Below, piece after piece: positions 29,249 to 39,566 of a stretch of 64,000 bases of DNA (the first letter of the stretch is position 1; every line of letters starts with the position of its first letter). The DNA comes from Polyangiaceae bacterium (GTDB lineage Bacteria; Myxococcota_A; Polyangia; Polyangiales; Polyangiaceae). Both the position numbers and the translations under genes were made by a program. Location of the stretch: contig CBDCTZ010000013.1 of NCBI GenBank assembly GCA_965222375.1, positions 128,001 through 192,000 of the forward strand, given 5' to 3'. The notes beneath the pieces were generated by a model. It was given only the letters and a program-made list of their open reading frames with translations. It had not been told where the DNA came from and ran no database searches.

Positions 29249-30955
29249 ATGAGCAACTCGAACCGACTGGGGGAGCTTCTAGTACGAGAGAAGCTCATCA
29301 GCCTACAGCAGCTACGGCAAGCTCAGGATGAACAGAAAAAAAGCGGGAAGAACCTCGGCTACGCGCTGGCGAAGCTCGGCTACATCTCCGATGGTGAGAT
29401 CACCAATTTTCTTTCGGCGCAGTACCGCTTACCCGCAATCAACCTCGACGAATACGAGATCGACTCCGACATCATCAAGCTGGTTGGCCGCGACGTCTGC
29501 GAGAAACACAAGATCATCCCGGTCTCCCGCTCGGGTTCCTCTCTGATCGTGGGCATGGCGGACCCGACCAATCTGCACGCCATCGACGACATCAAATTCC
29601 TCACCGGCTACAACGTTGAACCCGTGGTCGCGAGCGAGAGCGCGATTCTGTCGGCCATCGACCGCTACTACAGCGTGGGCCCGTCCTACGAAGAGGTGCT
29701 CGAGGACTTCCAAATCGGGGATGAAGACATCGACTTCACCGCCGATGACGAGGAAGAGAACATCCTGGAGCTGGAGAAGGCGAGCGAGGACGCACCCGTA
29801 GTCCGCCTCGTCAACGTCCTCTTGCTGAACGCGATTCGAAAGGGCGCCAGCGATATTCACGTGGAGCCCTACGAAAAGCGGCTCCGAGTCCGCTATCGCG
29901 TCGACGGTGTGTTGCACGAGGAAATGAGCCCGCCGCTCAAGCTGAAGAACGCCTTGGTGAGCCGGATCAAGATCATGAGCCAGCTGGACATTGCGGAGCG
30001 GCGCCTACCCCAAGACGGCCGGATCAAGCTCAAGCTGGGCAAGGGCCGCGAGATGGATTTTCGCGTCTCGATCTTGCCAACCATGTGGGGCGAGAAAGTC
30101 GTCATGCGTTTGCTCGACAAGGGCAATCTGCAGCTGGATATGACGAAGCTCGGCTTCGACGTCGGCCCCCTGGAGGACTTCGCCTGGGCCATCAACCAGC
30201 CCTGGGGCATGGTATTGGTCACGGGCCCGACCGGGTCCGGCAAGACGACGACCCTGTACTCCGCGCTGTCGGAACTCAATCAGCCCGGAGTGAACATCAG
30301 CACTGCCGAGGATCCTGTCGAATACAACTTGCACGGCATCAATCAGGTGCAGATGCATGACGAAATCGGACTGAACTTTGCCATGGGGCTGCGCGCCTTC
30401 TTGCGCCAGGACCCGGACATCATCATGGTCGGCGAGGTTCGCGACTTTGAGACCGCCGAAATCAGCGTGAAGTCAGCCCTCACCGGCCACTTGGTGCTGT
30501 CCACCCTGCATACCAATGACGCACCAGCCACGATCTCGCGCCTGCTCAATATGGGTGTGGAGCCGTTCTTGATCACCGCTAGCGTCAATCTGGTGCTCGC
30601 TCAGCGCCTAGCTCGCCGAGTCTGTGCCGACTGCCGAACTGAAACCCCGGTGGAGCCACAGGTGTTGCTCGATCTCGGCTGCACCGAAGAGCAGGCCGCC
30701 ACTGGCAAGATCTGGAAGGGCGCGGGCTGCGCGACCTGCAACAACACCGGCTACAAGGGCCGCGTCGCCTTGTACGAGGTCATGCGCTTTCACGATGAGC
30801 TCAAGGAAATGGTGCTGCAGGGCGCGTCCACCGCGGAGCTCAAAGTGGCCGCGATCCGAAAGGGTATGCTGACTCTGCGCATGGCCGGCATCGGGAAGGT
30901 CCTGGACGGCGTCACGACGCCTGAGGAAATCCTGCGCGTAACGATGTCCGACTAG
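29249..30955 (+). CDS. pilB: Type IV pilus assembly ATPase PilB
   Basis: MshEN-like RLGELL, ASDIH, ERRLPQDG, GPTGSGKTT, EDPVE, RQDPD, TGHLVLSTLH, tetra-Cys motif. Confidence 0.96.
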   Translation: MSNSNRLGELLVREKLISLQQLRQAQDEQKKSGKNLGYALAKLGYISDGEITNFLSAQYRLPAINLDEYEIDSDIIKLVGRDVCEKHKIIPVSRSGSSLIVGMADPTNLHAIDDIKFLTGYNVEPVVASESAILSAIDRYYSVGPSYEEVLEDFQIGDEDIDFTADDEEENILELEKASEDAPVVRLVNVLLLNAIRKGASDIHVEPYEKRLRVRYRVDGVLHEEMSPPLKLKNALVSRIKIMSQLDIAERRLPQDGRIKLKLGKGREMDFRVSILPTMWGEKVVMRLLDKGNLQLDMTKLGFDVGPLEDFAWAINQPWGMVLVTGPTGSGKTTTLYSALSELNQPGVNISTAEDPVEYNLHGINQVQMHDEIGLNFAMGLRAFLRQDPDIIMVGEVRDFETAEISVKSALTGHLVLSTLHTNDAPATISRLLNMGVEPFLITASVNLVLAQRLARRVCADCRTETPVEPQVLLDLGCTEEQAATGKIWKGAGCATCNNTGYKGRVALYEVMRFHDELKEMVLQGASTAELKVAAIRKGMLTLRMAGIGKVLDGVTTPEEILRVTMSD

Positions 30956-30969
30956 GAGCGAGCTTACGA

Positions 30970-32100
30970 ATGACCCAAGAGGAAGGACTACGCATCAACC
31001 TTCACCAGTTGCTGCGCGCCATGATCGAAAAAGGCGCCAGCGACATGCACATCACGACGGGTTCACCGCCGCTGTTGCGCATCGACGGCGCCATCGTTCC
31101 GCTCAAGCTGCCACCCCTGTCCCCAGTGGAAACGAAGCAGCTCTGCTATTCTGTCCTGACCGAAGATCAGAAGATCCATTTCGAAAAGAACAAGGAGCTG
31201 GACCTTTCCTTCGGCGTCAAGAATCTCTCGCGTTTTCGCGCCAATATTTTCTTGCAGCGGGGCGCCGTCTCCGGAGCGTTTCGGTCCATTCCTTTCAAGA
31301 TTTTGAGCTTCGAGGAGCTTGGACTACCGCCGGTCGTGGCCGAGCTGGCCGCCAAGCCCCGGGGCTTGATTCTGGTGACAGGTCCGACGGGCTCGGGCAA
31401 AAGCACGACCCTGGCGTCGATCATCGACAAGATCAACAGCGAGACTCGCCAGCACATCATCACGATCGAAGACCCCATCGAGTACCTGCACCCGCACAAG
31501 CGCTGCATCGTCAACCAGCGCGAGGTCGGCGCGGACACCGCCAAATTCAAAGACGCGCTCAAATACGTTCTACGTCAGGATCCCGACGTCGTACTCGTCG
31601 GCGAGATGCGAGATTTGGAAACGATCGAATCTGCCCTAACCATCGCCGAGACGGGTCACTTGGTCTTCGCCACCTTGCATACGAACTCGGCCATCCAAAG
31701 CATCAACCGAATCATCGATGTGTTCCCTCCCCACCAACAGTCCCAGGTACGCGCCCAGCTGTCCTTCGTTCTCGAAGGCGTCGTGAGCCAGCTGCTCCTG
31801 CCGCGGGCGGGCTCCGCCGGCCGCGTGCTAGCGCTGGAGGTCATGGAGCCCAATGCCGCAATCCGCAATCTGATTCGTGAGGACAAAGTCCACCAGATCT
31901 ACTCGCAAATGCAGGTGGGTCAGTTGAAACACGGCATGCAGACCCTGAATCAATCCCTCTACTCGCTCCTGTCACGACGGCTTATTACCCTGGAAGAGGC
32001 GATGGGACGCTCCGCGGAGCCCGAAGAACTGCGCAACATGATCGAGGGCCGGGTACCCCAGCAGGTTCACCAGGCTGGCGCCGATCAGCGCTCCCGATGA
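30970..32100 (+). CDS. pilT: Type IV pilus retraction ATPase PilT
   Basis: GPTGSGKSTT, EDPIEY, QREVG, AIRNLIRE, GMQT. Confidence 0.96.
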   Translation: MTQEEGLRINLHQLLRAMIEKGASDMHITTGSPPLLRIDGAIVPLKLPPLSPVETKQLCYSVLTEDQKIHFEKNKELDLSFGVKNLSRFRANIFLQRGAVSGAFRSIPFKILSFEELGLPPVVAELAAKPRGLILVTGPTGSGKSTTLASIIDKINSETRQHIITIEDPIEYLHPHKRCIVNQREVGADTAKFKDALKYVLRQDPDVVLVGEMRDLETIESALTIAETGHLVFATLHTNSAIQSINRIIDVFPPHQQSQVRAQLSFVLEGVVSQLLLPRAGSAGRVLALEVMEPNAAIRNLIREDKVHQIYSQMQVGQLKHGMQTLNQSLYSLLSRRLITLEEAMGRSAEPEELRNMIEGRVPQQVHQAGADQRSR

Positions 32101-32143
32101 CTTCTGTTCCCCGCCGATTCCTGGTAGGAGAGCGGCCACCACT

Positions 32144-33435
32144 ATGGCTCGCCCCTCCTTCCTCTCCGCCTCTGCCGCCCTAGCTGTCTCGGTTTTCACC
32201 TCCGCCGGATTGGCGCAATCCGAAGCGCCGGAGCCGCCGCCGCCCCTGGAGCCCTGGTATGACGCCGTGGAGCTCGGCGCCTTCGCTGATGCCTACTACA
32301 ACGTGAACTGGGCGTTCCCGAAGCCCCACGACGGCAGCGGAGTACCCACCCGCTACTACGCGCGCCAAAACGGCTTCGGCCTGTCCTGGGTTGGCCTCGA
32401 CGCCTCCTATGCGCCAGAGCCCGTAGGCGCGACGGTGAGCTTGAGGTTCGGGCCGACCGCGGAGAGCTACGCGGGCGACGACAACGGCAGCGCACTGCAG
32501 AACATCAAGCAGGCCTTTGCTTCCTGGAGGCCTGCTGGCCCCGAAGGCATGCTGACCCTCGACTTCGGCAAGTTCGACACGATCTACGGAGCGGAGTCCG
32601 CGGAAAGCTACAAAAACGCCACCTACACCCGAGGCGCCCTCTGGAACGCGCAGCCTCTGTTTCACACCGGCCTGCGCGCCACCGCAGATCTCATGCCGGA
32701 GCTCACCCTCGCCGCCCTGGTAGTGAACGGGATCAACAACTCGCAAGACAACAACGTAGGCAAGACCTTCGGCGTTCAAGCCCAAGTTTTTCCGACGGAT
32801 TGGTTCAGTTTCTCGGCCGGATGGCTCGGTGGTCCGGAGCAGGACGACAGCGTCACCACGAACTGTCCGGTCGGAACTGCGTTCGACCCCGCCGTGGGTA
32901 CGTGTGCTGCCAGCGCAGGAGCACCCGGCGGGGAAGAAGTCGTCGATCGCGGCGGCGCCAACGATTTCGAGGCCTGGACCCACTTGTTGGATCTCGTCAT
33001 CGCAGCCGAGCCCACACCGCCTTGAGCCTACTGGCCAACCTCGACTATGGCACCACCGGCGTCCGAAGCTTGAATGCCACCACCCTCGAGACGGATATCG
33101 ACAATCAGAGCTGGTACGGCGGGATGCTCACGGCTCGCTACTCCCTGACGGAAGTCTTCGCGGTGGCCTTGCGAGGTGAATACCTCAAGGACGACAGCGG
33201 AACGGTCACGAGCTTCACGGCCGCTGGGGGCACCCTGGTCACCGACGTCGAGTTGGCCACGGCCACGCTGACCCTCGAGGCCATGCCGACGGAGAATCTG
33301 GTGTTTCGGCTCGAGAATCGAGGCGACTTCCTGCTGAGCGGCACGCCCGATACGGACATCTTCCGCAAGGAAGAGCGCAGCCGTGAAGACAAGCTGATGA
33401 CGACGACCCTAGGCGTCGTCGTCAAGACCCAGTGA
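32144..33435 (+). pseudogene. Outer-membrane beta-barrel (porin-2/DUF1597-like), frameshifted at ~33017, or sequencing error
   Basis: Signal peptide, DAYYN, IKQAF, DFGKFDTIYGAE, QPLFHTG in frame 1 (stop at 33025); LSLLANLDYG...ALRGEY...FRLENRGD continues in another frame. Confidence 0.75.
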
Positions 33436-33508
33436 CGACTCGCTCGCCTTGCTTCGACGCATCACGCGGGCGCCCGTTCCAACAATCCCCACTGCCGCCC
33501 GCGCGTGG

Positions 33509-36500
33509 CTACTTGAGGGCTTCGACGGCGCGAACCACGTCGCCGTGCTTGCCTACGCGCTTCTTCATGGCGGCGACGTAGACCTTGGCGCGCTTCTCTT
33601 TCGCCCCAGCCAGCGCCCGCGCCGTCAGCACCCGAAGTAGAAGTGGCGACTGGTCCGGGAACAGTTCCAGCTGGCTGGCCTTGATCTTCGCCAGGGCTGT
33701 CCGACCGCTGCTGCCATCCACGAGGACCCGTAGCCAATTCGAAAGCGGCCCGAGCATGCTTGGATACTTCGCGATGAGCTCCCGGGCGGCCCTGTACTCC
33801 TTCTTCTCGACCAAGACGTACACGCGTTCGATCAGGACCGGCACCGTGGTCGTGCCCTTCATCGCCCGCTCGCTGGCCTTGAGAGCCTCGTCGAACTTGC
33901 CTTGGTAGCGGTACATTCGGGAAGCGCGCAAGGAGTACACGGCCCTCCCAGCGCCAGCGCCCCACTTCTTGACCATCCTGTCAGCGAGTTCTAGCTCTCC
34001 CAGGTCCAGGGCCGCATCCGCGGCTACCAGTTCACCCCAGGGCACGTGCGCATGAGCCATGGCCTCGATCTGCTCGGTGTTCGGATAGGCCGAACCGACC
34101 AGCACACCGGGGCCCGCGGCCAGCGCAGCGAAATCCGGGCGCTTGAGAGCCGCTTCCCCCATGGCCTCGGTAGCTGTCCGCATTTCTCCAGCATCCAGGG
34201 TTTCGTAGGCCAGCACCGCGCGAACGACCGCGACTTCACCAGACTTCGGGTCCAAGGCTTCGATTGCCTTCTTGGCCTCGTCCAAGCGGCCGCCCAACAG
34301 TGCAACCCGAGAGGCGAGCACTCGCGCTTGGGGATATAATGCCGAGAATTGCAGAGCGCGAAGAGCAGCCTTGCGGGCAAGTTTTTCGTTGCCGGCTTTG
34401 ATCGCCAAGAAGCCCAGCTGGGTCGCCATCGCGGGACCTACCGTAAGCCCGATCGCACTGTTGATGGCTTCGCTGGCCTGCTTGCCCTGTTCGGCATTGA
34501 TCGCGGTCAGGGCCTGAACGACGTAGGGCACGGAACGGAGTGAAAGAATGAGTTTTGGACGGTCCTCTTCCTTCAGCATGGCGTTCTTGGGAGGCTCTTT
34601 GGCTCGTTGAGGATCCACGGCCCAAGCCAGCGCAGAGAGCGCCCGCGCGTTGGGATTGTTCCCAAGCTTCTTGTTGGCACGAGCGACGAGAGGCTTGCCC
34701 TTCTCGACCCCAATTTCCAACAACACGGAGCGAGCCAACAGAATGTCCGCCAGCACTAACTTGTCATCCAAGTTACGCGCGGCCTCGTAGCGCTCGATGG
34801 CTCGCAGGTCCCCGGCACGCTCCAGCGCCGCGCCCGCGGTCAGCTGGTACATCGGATCTTTGCCCGCCTTCTTATCCCACTTGGGTAGAAGCGCTGCGGC
34901 GCCAGCCAGATCCCCCTCCACCAAGAACGACGCTATTTTGCCGTAAGCCGTTTCCTCGGGGGGCACTTCCACGGCCTTGGCTCGGTGCACCGCGGAATCG
35001 ATACCCACCGGATCCCCGGGTAGAACCAGAGCGCCCACGACGCGATTGGCCAGCCACAGCTTCGCGGCACGCTTGGAGCGGGAATCCAACTCGAAGATCC
35101 TGGCCAGTTTGTCGTCGGTCGCTCGGATGTCGTCGACGTTCGCACTGTGCAGCAGTGCTTCTACCTCATCCCCGAGGGAGGCCGCCTTGGCGATGCGCTC
35201 CTTCTGGACCATATTCGCGTAGTAGTAGGCACCACCACCAGCCGCGACGAAGAGCACCGTCGCTAGGATGAACACCCAGCTCCCGCGCGTACGAATGATG
35301 TGCGCCTTTTCCCAAGCAGGCGCCGCACCGCCTCCAGGCTCGTACACGCCGACCCGGGCCAAGTGCTGAAGGACGAGATCCGGCGGCGGGTTCACTTCAT
35401 CGGCGGCCGAAGCCGCAACCGGGGCGGCGTCGAAGGAGCCGGCTGCCGGCGGAGCCAGGCCGGGATGTTCCTCGACCGTGGGTGCCGGCGGCGGCAGCCC
35501 GGCGCCGGCACCGAAGGGTGACGGAGGCGGCGCTGCACCTGGGCCACTGCCGAAGGGCGACGATTGCGCCGCCACCGTCTCGACCGGTGCTGCGTATTCG
35601 GCAGGCGGGGCAGCGCGGGGCGGCGGCGCCGATGGTGGCGGCGGCACCGATGGCGGCATCTTGGCCGGCGGCGGCGCCGAAGGCGGCGGGAGCCGCCCCG
35701 CAGGAGCCGCGGCGGCTGGCGCAGGAACCGCCTCTGCAGCCATGGCCTTCTGGCGTGCCATCCACACGGCGTGACCGGGGCGGTTCTGCACCGTCGTCTC
35801 GTCGCCATCGTCCTCTTCGTAGGCTCCGCCACCTGTCGGGTCGGGCGCCTGGCGCTCGGCCGACACGCCCACCGCTGCCGGCACCTTGGCCGGCGGCGGC
35901 AGCCCGGCGGCCGGCGGCGGGCTGCTGGGAGGCAGCGGCGGAGGAACCGTTCGCGGCCGTGCAGGCGCAGCCGCCGAAGGCAGCGCGCCGGGGCTGCTCA
36001 CCCCAACCGGCGCAGCCTTGGGGATCGTAGGTGGCTCGGCGCCGGTCCATTTGGTAGCGGCGGCGGCAGGGCCGGGTCGCTGCGCCGGAACAGGCGAGCT
36101 GGGGCGCTGCGGCAACGTGCGAGCCACTTCGGCCGCGACCGCGGGTGCGCCCACGCGCTTTTGGAGCGCGACGTATACCAAAGCGCGGTCGTGCCAGAGT
36201 TTCGTTTCCGCGTCGTTGGAGCCGAGCTGCATGGAGCGAGAGAGCACCTTCTCTCCTCGAATGGCGTCACCGCGCCGCAGAAGTACTTCCCCCAGATAGC
36301 GAAACGGTCGCGCATCTCGGGCATCCGCCTTGCCGGCGTTGACGAGGGTGGCCTGCGCCTCCGAGAGCAATCCCGCCTCGAGGTACATCCGCCCGACCGC
36401 CAGCATCACGCTCGCGTCCCCCGCGTGCCACTGCTCGGCCCGCGCTCCGACCTCGCGCACGACGTCCTCGCGAGGTTCCTGCGATAGCTCGGTGCACAGG

Positions 36501-36565
36501 GCGAGGGTGGAATCCGCGGTGGGGTTGGACCGCCACGTCTCCAGGAGCTCTTGGAAAGCACCCAT
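33509..36565 (-). CDS. Large TPR protein with Pro/Ala-rich linker and single TM helix
   Basis: N-terminal TPR helices, long Pro-rich region, TM (WVFILATVLFVAAGGGAYYY), C-terminal helical repeats. Confidence 0.8.
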   Translation of the reverse strand: MGAFQELLETWRSNPTADSTLALCTELSQEPREDVVREVGARAEQWHAGDASVMLAVGRMYLEAGLLSEAQATLVNAGKADARDARPFRYLGEVLLRRGDAIRGEKVLSRSMQLGSNDAETKLWHDRALVYVALQKRVGAPAVAAEVARTLPQRPSSPVPAQRPGPAAAATKWTGAEPPTIPKAAPVGVSSPGALPSAAAPARPRTVPPPLPPSSPPPAAGLPPPAKVPAAVGVSAERQAPDPTGGGAYEEDDGDETTVQNRPGHAVWMARQKAMAAEAVPAPAAAAPAGRLPPPSAPPPAKMPPSVPPPPSAPPPRAAPPAEYAAPVETVAAQSSPFGSGPGAAPPPSPFGAGAGLPPPAPTVEEHPGLAPPAAGSFDAAPVAASAADEVNPPPDLVLQHLARVGVYEPGGGAAPAWEKAHIIRTRGSWVFILATVLFVAAGGGAYYYANMVQKERIAKAASLGDEVEALLHSANVDDIRATDDKLARIFELDSRSKRAAKLWLANRVVGALVLPGDPVGIDSAVHRAKAVEVPPEETAYGKIASFLVEGDLAGAAALLPKWDKKAGKDPMYQLTAGAALERAGDLRAIERYEAARNLDDKLVLADILLARSVLLEIGVEKGKPLVARANKKLGNNPNARALSALAWAVDPQRAKEPPKNAMLKEEDRPKLILSLRSVPYVVQALTAINAEQGKQASEAINSAIGLTVGPAMATQLGFLAIKAGNEKLARKAALRALQFSALYPQARVLASRVALLGGRLDEAKKAIEALDPKSGEVAVVRAVLAYETLDAGEMRTATEAMGEAALKRPDFAALAAGPGVLVGSAYPNTEQIEAMAHAHVPWGELVAADAALDLGELELADRMVKKWGAGAGRAVYSLRASRMYRYQGKFDEALKASERAMKGTTTVPVLIERVYVLVEKKEYRAARELIAKYPSMLGPLSNWLRVLVDGSSGRTALAKIKASQLELFPDQSPLLLRVLTARALAGAKEKRAKVYVAAMKKRVGKHGDVVRAVEALK

Positions 36566-36785
36566 TGGCCCCGCAGGATAGTCACAGCCCCGTAAAAACT
36601 GAATGTTTTCCACGCCCCGGGGCGAAAATGCCTCACGCCCCAGCCCGCGACAGAAATCTTGGCCGACTGGCCCAGCTGCACTGCCGCCATTCTGGCTTCC
36701 AGGAGCGGCTTCAGACTGCGTGGGGCCGCCGAGGCCCGAGCCTTTGACTCGGCGCCCCGTGCGTGCGAAGTGCGCCCCATCCGAC

Positions 36786-38237
36786 ATGTGCGGCGTGTTT
36801 GGAATATTTGGTCACCCGGAGGCGGCGAACCTCACGTATCTGGGCCTCCACGCGTTGCAGCACCGGGGGCAGGAAAGCGCCGGCATCGTGGCCACGGACG
36901 GTGAACAGCTGTTCCTCCACCGCGGCATGGGGCATGTCATCGACGTGTTCCCCCCAGAGCAGCTGGAACGCCTGCCCGGACGCCATGCGATTGGGCACGT
37001 CCGCTACTCCACAGCGGGTGGCTCCTTCCTGAAGAACGCTCAACCCATCGCCGTGGACTACGCACGGGGATCCCTGGCCCTTGCCCACAACGGCAACCTG
37101 ACCAACTCCGACGCCTTGCGTGAAAAGCTGGAAGAACGCGGCAGCATCTTTCAAAGCGCGTCGGACACGGAAGTGATTGTGCACCTGACAGCGATCAGCA
37201 CGCAGCGACAGGTGGAGGACCGCATCGCGGACGCCTTGAAACAGGTGCAAGGCGCGTACTCCCTGATGTGCCTGACGGACCACTCCATGATCGCCGCCCG
37301 GGATCCCATGGGCATCCGACCTTTGTGCCTGGGCATCATGCCCGGGAAGAAGGACGCCTACGTGGTTGCCAGCGAACCCACGAGCTTCGACCTAATCGAC
37401 GCGGAATTCGTGCGCGACGTCGACCCAGGAGAAATGCTGATATTCGACGCTCGGGGCATGCGCAGCGTGCGCCCGTTCAAAGCCGCACCACGTCGCAACT
37501 GCATCTTCGAATACGTCTACTTCGCGCGCCCGGACTCGACCCTGGACGGAGTGAGCGTGTACGAAGCTCGTAAGAATCTCGGCCGCTCTTTGGCCCGCCA
37601 CCACGGCGTGGAAGCCGACCTGGTCATTCCCGTGCCCGACAGCGGCGTTCCCGCGACCATTGGCTTCGCCGAAGAGGCGGGCATCCCCTTCGAGATGGGG
37701 CTGGTGCGCAGCCACTATGTCGGACGCACCTTCATCGAGCCGCAACAGAGCATTCGCCACTTCGGGGTCCGCTTGAAGCTCAATCCCGTGGAGGGTTCGT
37801 TGCGTGGCAAACGCGTGGCCGTGATCGACGACAGCATCGTGCGTGGCACGACCAGCCGCAAGATCGTCAAGATGCTTAGGGACGCAGGCGCGAGAGAGGT
37901 TCATATGCGGATCTCCAGTCCGCCCACGCGTTGGCCTTGCTACTACGGAATCGACACGCCCACCCGGGGAGAGCTGATCGCGTCGAGCCACGACATCGAC
38001 GAGATCAACCAGTACATCACGAGCGATTCCCTCGACTATCTGACGCAGGGCGAAATGATCGAAGCCGTGGTGAAGACCCGCGGCAGCCGCGGGGATGCCT
38101 CGCGCAGCGGCGCACTGCCCGTGGCGCCGAGCGAGTCCGGCGATAGCAGCTTTTGTCATGCCTGCTTCAGTGGCGACTACCCTGTGCCCTTCCAACCCCA
38201 CCCGCGCCACCGTACTTCCAAGTTGGTGGAGAGCTGA
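36786..38237 (+). CDS. purF: Amidophosphoribosyltransferase
   Basis: [49 protein letters not shown]. Confidence 0.97.
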   Translation: MCGVFGIFGHPEAANLTYLGLHALQHRGQESAGIVATDGEQLFLHRGMGHVIDVFPPEQLERLPGRHAIGHVRYSTAGGSFLKNAQPIAVDYARGSLALAHNGNLTNSDALREKLEERGSIFQSASDTEVIVHLTAISTQRQVEDRIADALKQVQGAYSLMCLTDHSMIAARDPMGIRPLCLGIMPGKKDAYVVASEPTSFDLIDAEFVRDVDPGEMLIFDARGMRSVRPFKAAPRRNCIFEYVYFARPDSTLDGVSVYEARKNLGRSLARHHGVEADLVIPVPDSGVPATIGFAEEAGIPFEMGLVRSHYVGRTFIEPQQSIRHFGVRLKLNPVEGSLRGKRVAVIDDSIVRGTTSRKIVKMLRDAGAREVHMRISSPPTRWPCYYGIDTPTRGELIASSHDIDEINQYITSDSLDYLTQGEMIEAVVKTRGSRGDASRSGALPVAPSESGDSSFCHACFSGDYPVPFQPHPRHRTSKLVES

Positions 38238-38276
38238 GCAACGCCCAGCGCATGCCATAATGCGGTTCTCTCAACC

Positions 38277-39191
38277 ATGTTGACAAGCCTGCCAGACCGC
38301 GTTTCCGTGTATGAAGTCTCGCCCCGAGACGGACTTCAGAACGAGGCCGCGCCCATCCCGCTGGAGGCCAAAGTCCGGTTGGTGAAGGCTCTCATCGACG
38401 CGGGCCTTTCGCGCCTGGAGCTAACCAGCTTCGTTTCACCGCGCTGGGTCCCCCAGCTGGCGGACGCGGACGAACTCTGCCGGGCGGTTTCGCCGCCCGA
38501 CGGAGTCACCCTTTCCGCCTTGTGCCCGAACGCCAAAGGCTTCGAGCGCGCCAAGGCGGCCGGGCTCGAGGAGATCGCGGTGTTCATGAGCGCGAGCGAG
38601 ACGCACAACCGCAAGAACACGAATAAGAGCATCAAACAATCCCTATCCACCTTCGAGGAAGTCGTGCCGCCAGCGATCGCGGCGGGGATGCGGGTCCGCG
38701 CCTACGTTTCGACGATTTGGGGCTGCCCCTACGAAGGCGAGGTGGAGCCGGCGGTGGCGTTGGAGATCTCCAAGAAGCTGCTCGACTTGGGCTGCTACCA
38801 GGTGTCCTTAGGTGACACGATTGGCGTCGGCACGCCGCTGCAAACCCGACGCATTCTGGAACTCTTCTGCGCCGAGGTGCCCAAAGAAGCCATCGCGCTG
38901 CACTTCCACGACACCCGCGGCACCGCGCTATCCAACGCGCTGGTCGGTCTCGAACTCGGTCTGCGCGACTTCGACGCCTCCGTGGGAGGATTGGGTGGCT
39001 GCCCCTACGCCCCCGGCGCCGCTGGTAATCTCGCTACCGAAGACTTGGTGTACATGCTCCACGGCATGGGCGTAGAAACCGGCGTGGACCTGGAACGTCT
39101 CATCGAAGCGGGCCGCGTGGCAGAAGCCGTCGTCGGCCGTCGCCTTCCGGGCAAGGTGCACCTGGCCGGACTGCCCAAGGTCCGTTCTTAG
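38277..39191 (+). CDS. Hydroxymethylglutaryl-CoA lyase
   Basis: EVSPRDGLQNE, SLGDTIG, HFHDT, GLGGCPYAPGAAGN. Confidence 0.95.
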   Translation: MLTSLPDRVSVYEVSPRDGLQNEAAPIPLEAKVRLVKALIDAGLSRLELTSFVSPRWVPQLADADELCRAVSPPDGVTLSALCPNAKGFERAKAAGLEEIAVFMSASETHNRKNTNKSIKQSLSTFEEVVPPAIAAGMRVRAYVSTIWGCPYEGEVEPAVALEISKKLLDLGCYQVSLGDTIGVGTPLQTRRILELFCAEVPKEAIALHFHDTRGTALSNALVGLELGLRDFDASVGGLGGCPYAPGAAGNLATEDLVYMLHGMGVETGVDLERLIEAGRVAEAVVGRRLPGKVHLAGLPKVRS

Positions 39192-39268
39192 TTTTTGGGG
39201 TTTGGGTCGCATCCCTTTGCGGCGCCGGGCCGCTACTCTCGCGCCGGGCCGAAACGCCCGCCTGGGCA

Positions 39269-39293
39269 ACTTATATGCACTATGCATATAAGT
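39269..39293. other. Perfect AT-rich inverted repeat (11-3-11)
   Basis: ACTTATATGCA-CTA-TGCATATAAGT between convergent genes. Confidence 0.8.
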
Positions 39294-39356
39294 CGATCCG
39301 AGAGGCTCGGGCGGGATCGAGCCAACGAGCGCAGTGCAATCCTGAGCCCAGCCTGC

Positions 39357-39566
39357 TCAATCGCCCGCGGCGCAAATGTGACGGGTGAAATACGAGGACC
39401 GGAAGCGCAGGCGTGCCAAGCGGACGGTCGAGATCTCCGGGCGCTAGTTGCCCGCGGCGCAAATGTGACGGGTGAAATACGAGAACCGAAAGCGCAGGGA
39501 TGCCAAGCAGACGGTCGAGATCTCCGAGCGCTAATTGCCCGCGGCGCAGACCAGACGGGTGAAGTA
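39357..39566 (-). repeat. 87-bp-period tandem repeat copying the last 12 codons of the upstream gene
   Basis: GCCCGCGGCGCA at 39363, 39450 and 39537; the 51-nt linkers are similar to each other. Confidence 0.9.

Noticed and set aside
39357..39566. CRISPR array interpretation (36-nt repeat with 51-nt spacers)
   Set aside because: The spacers are near copies of each other, the repeat is a gene 3' end, and there are no cas genes. The same applies to the arrays at 25.1, 44.2 and 47.0 kb.
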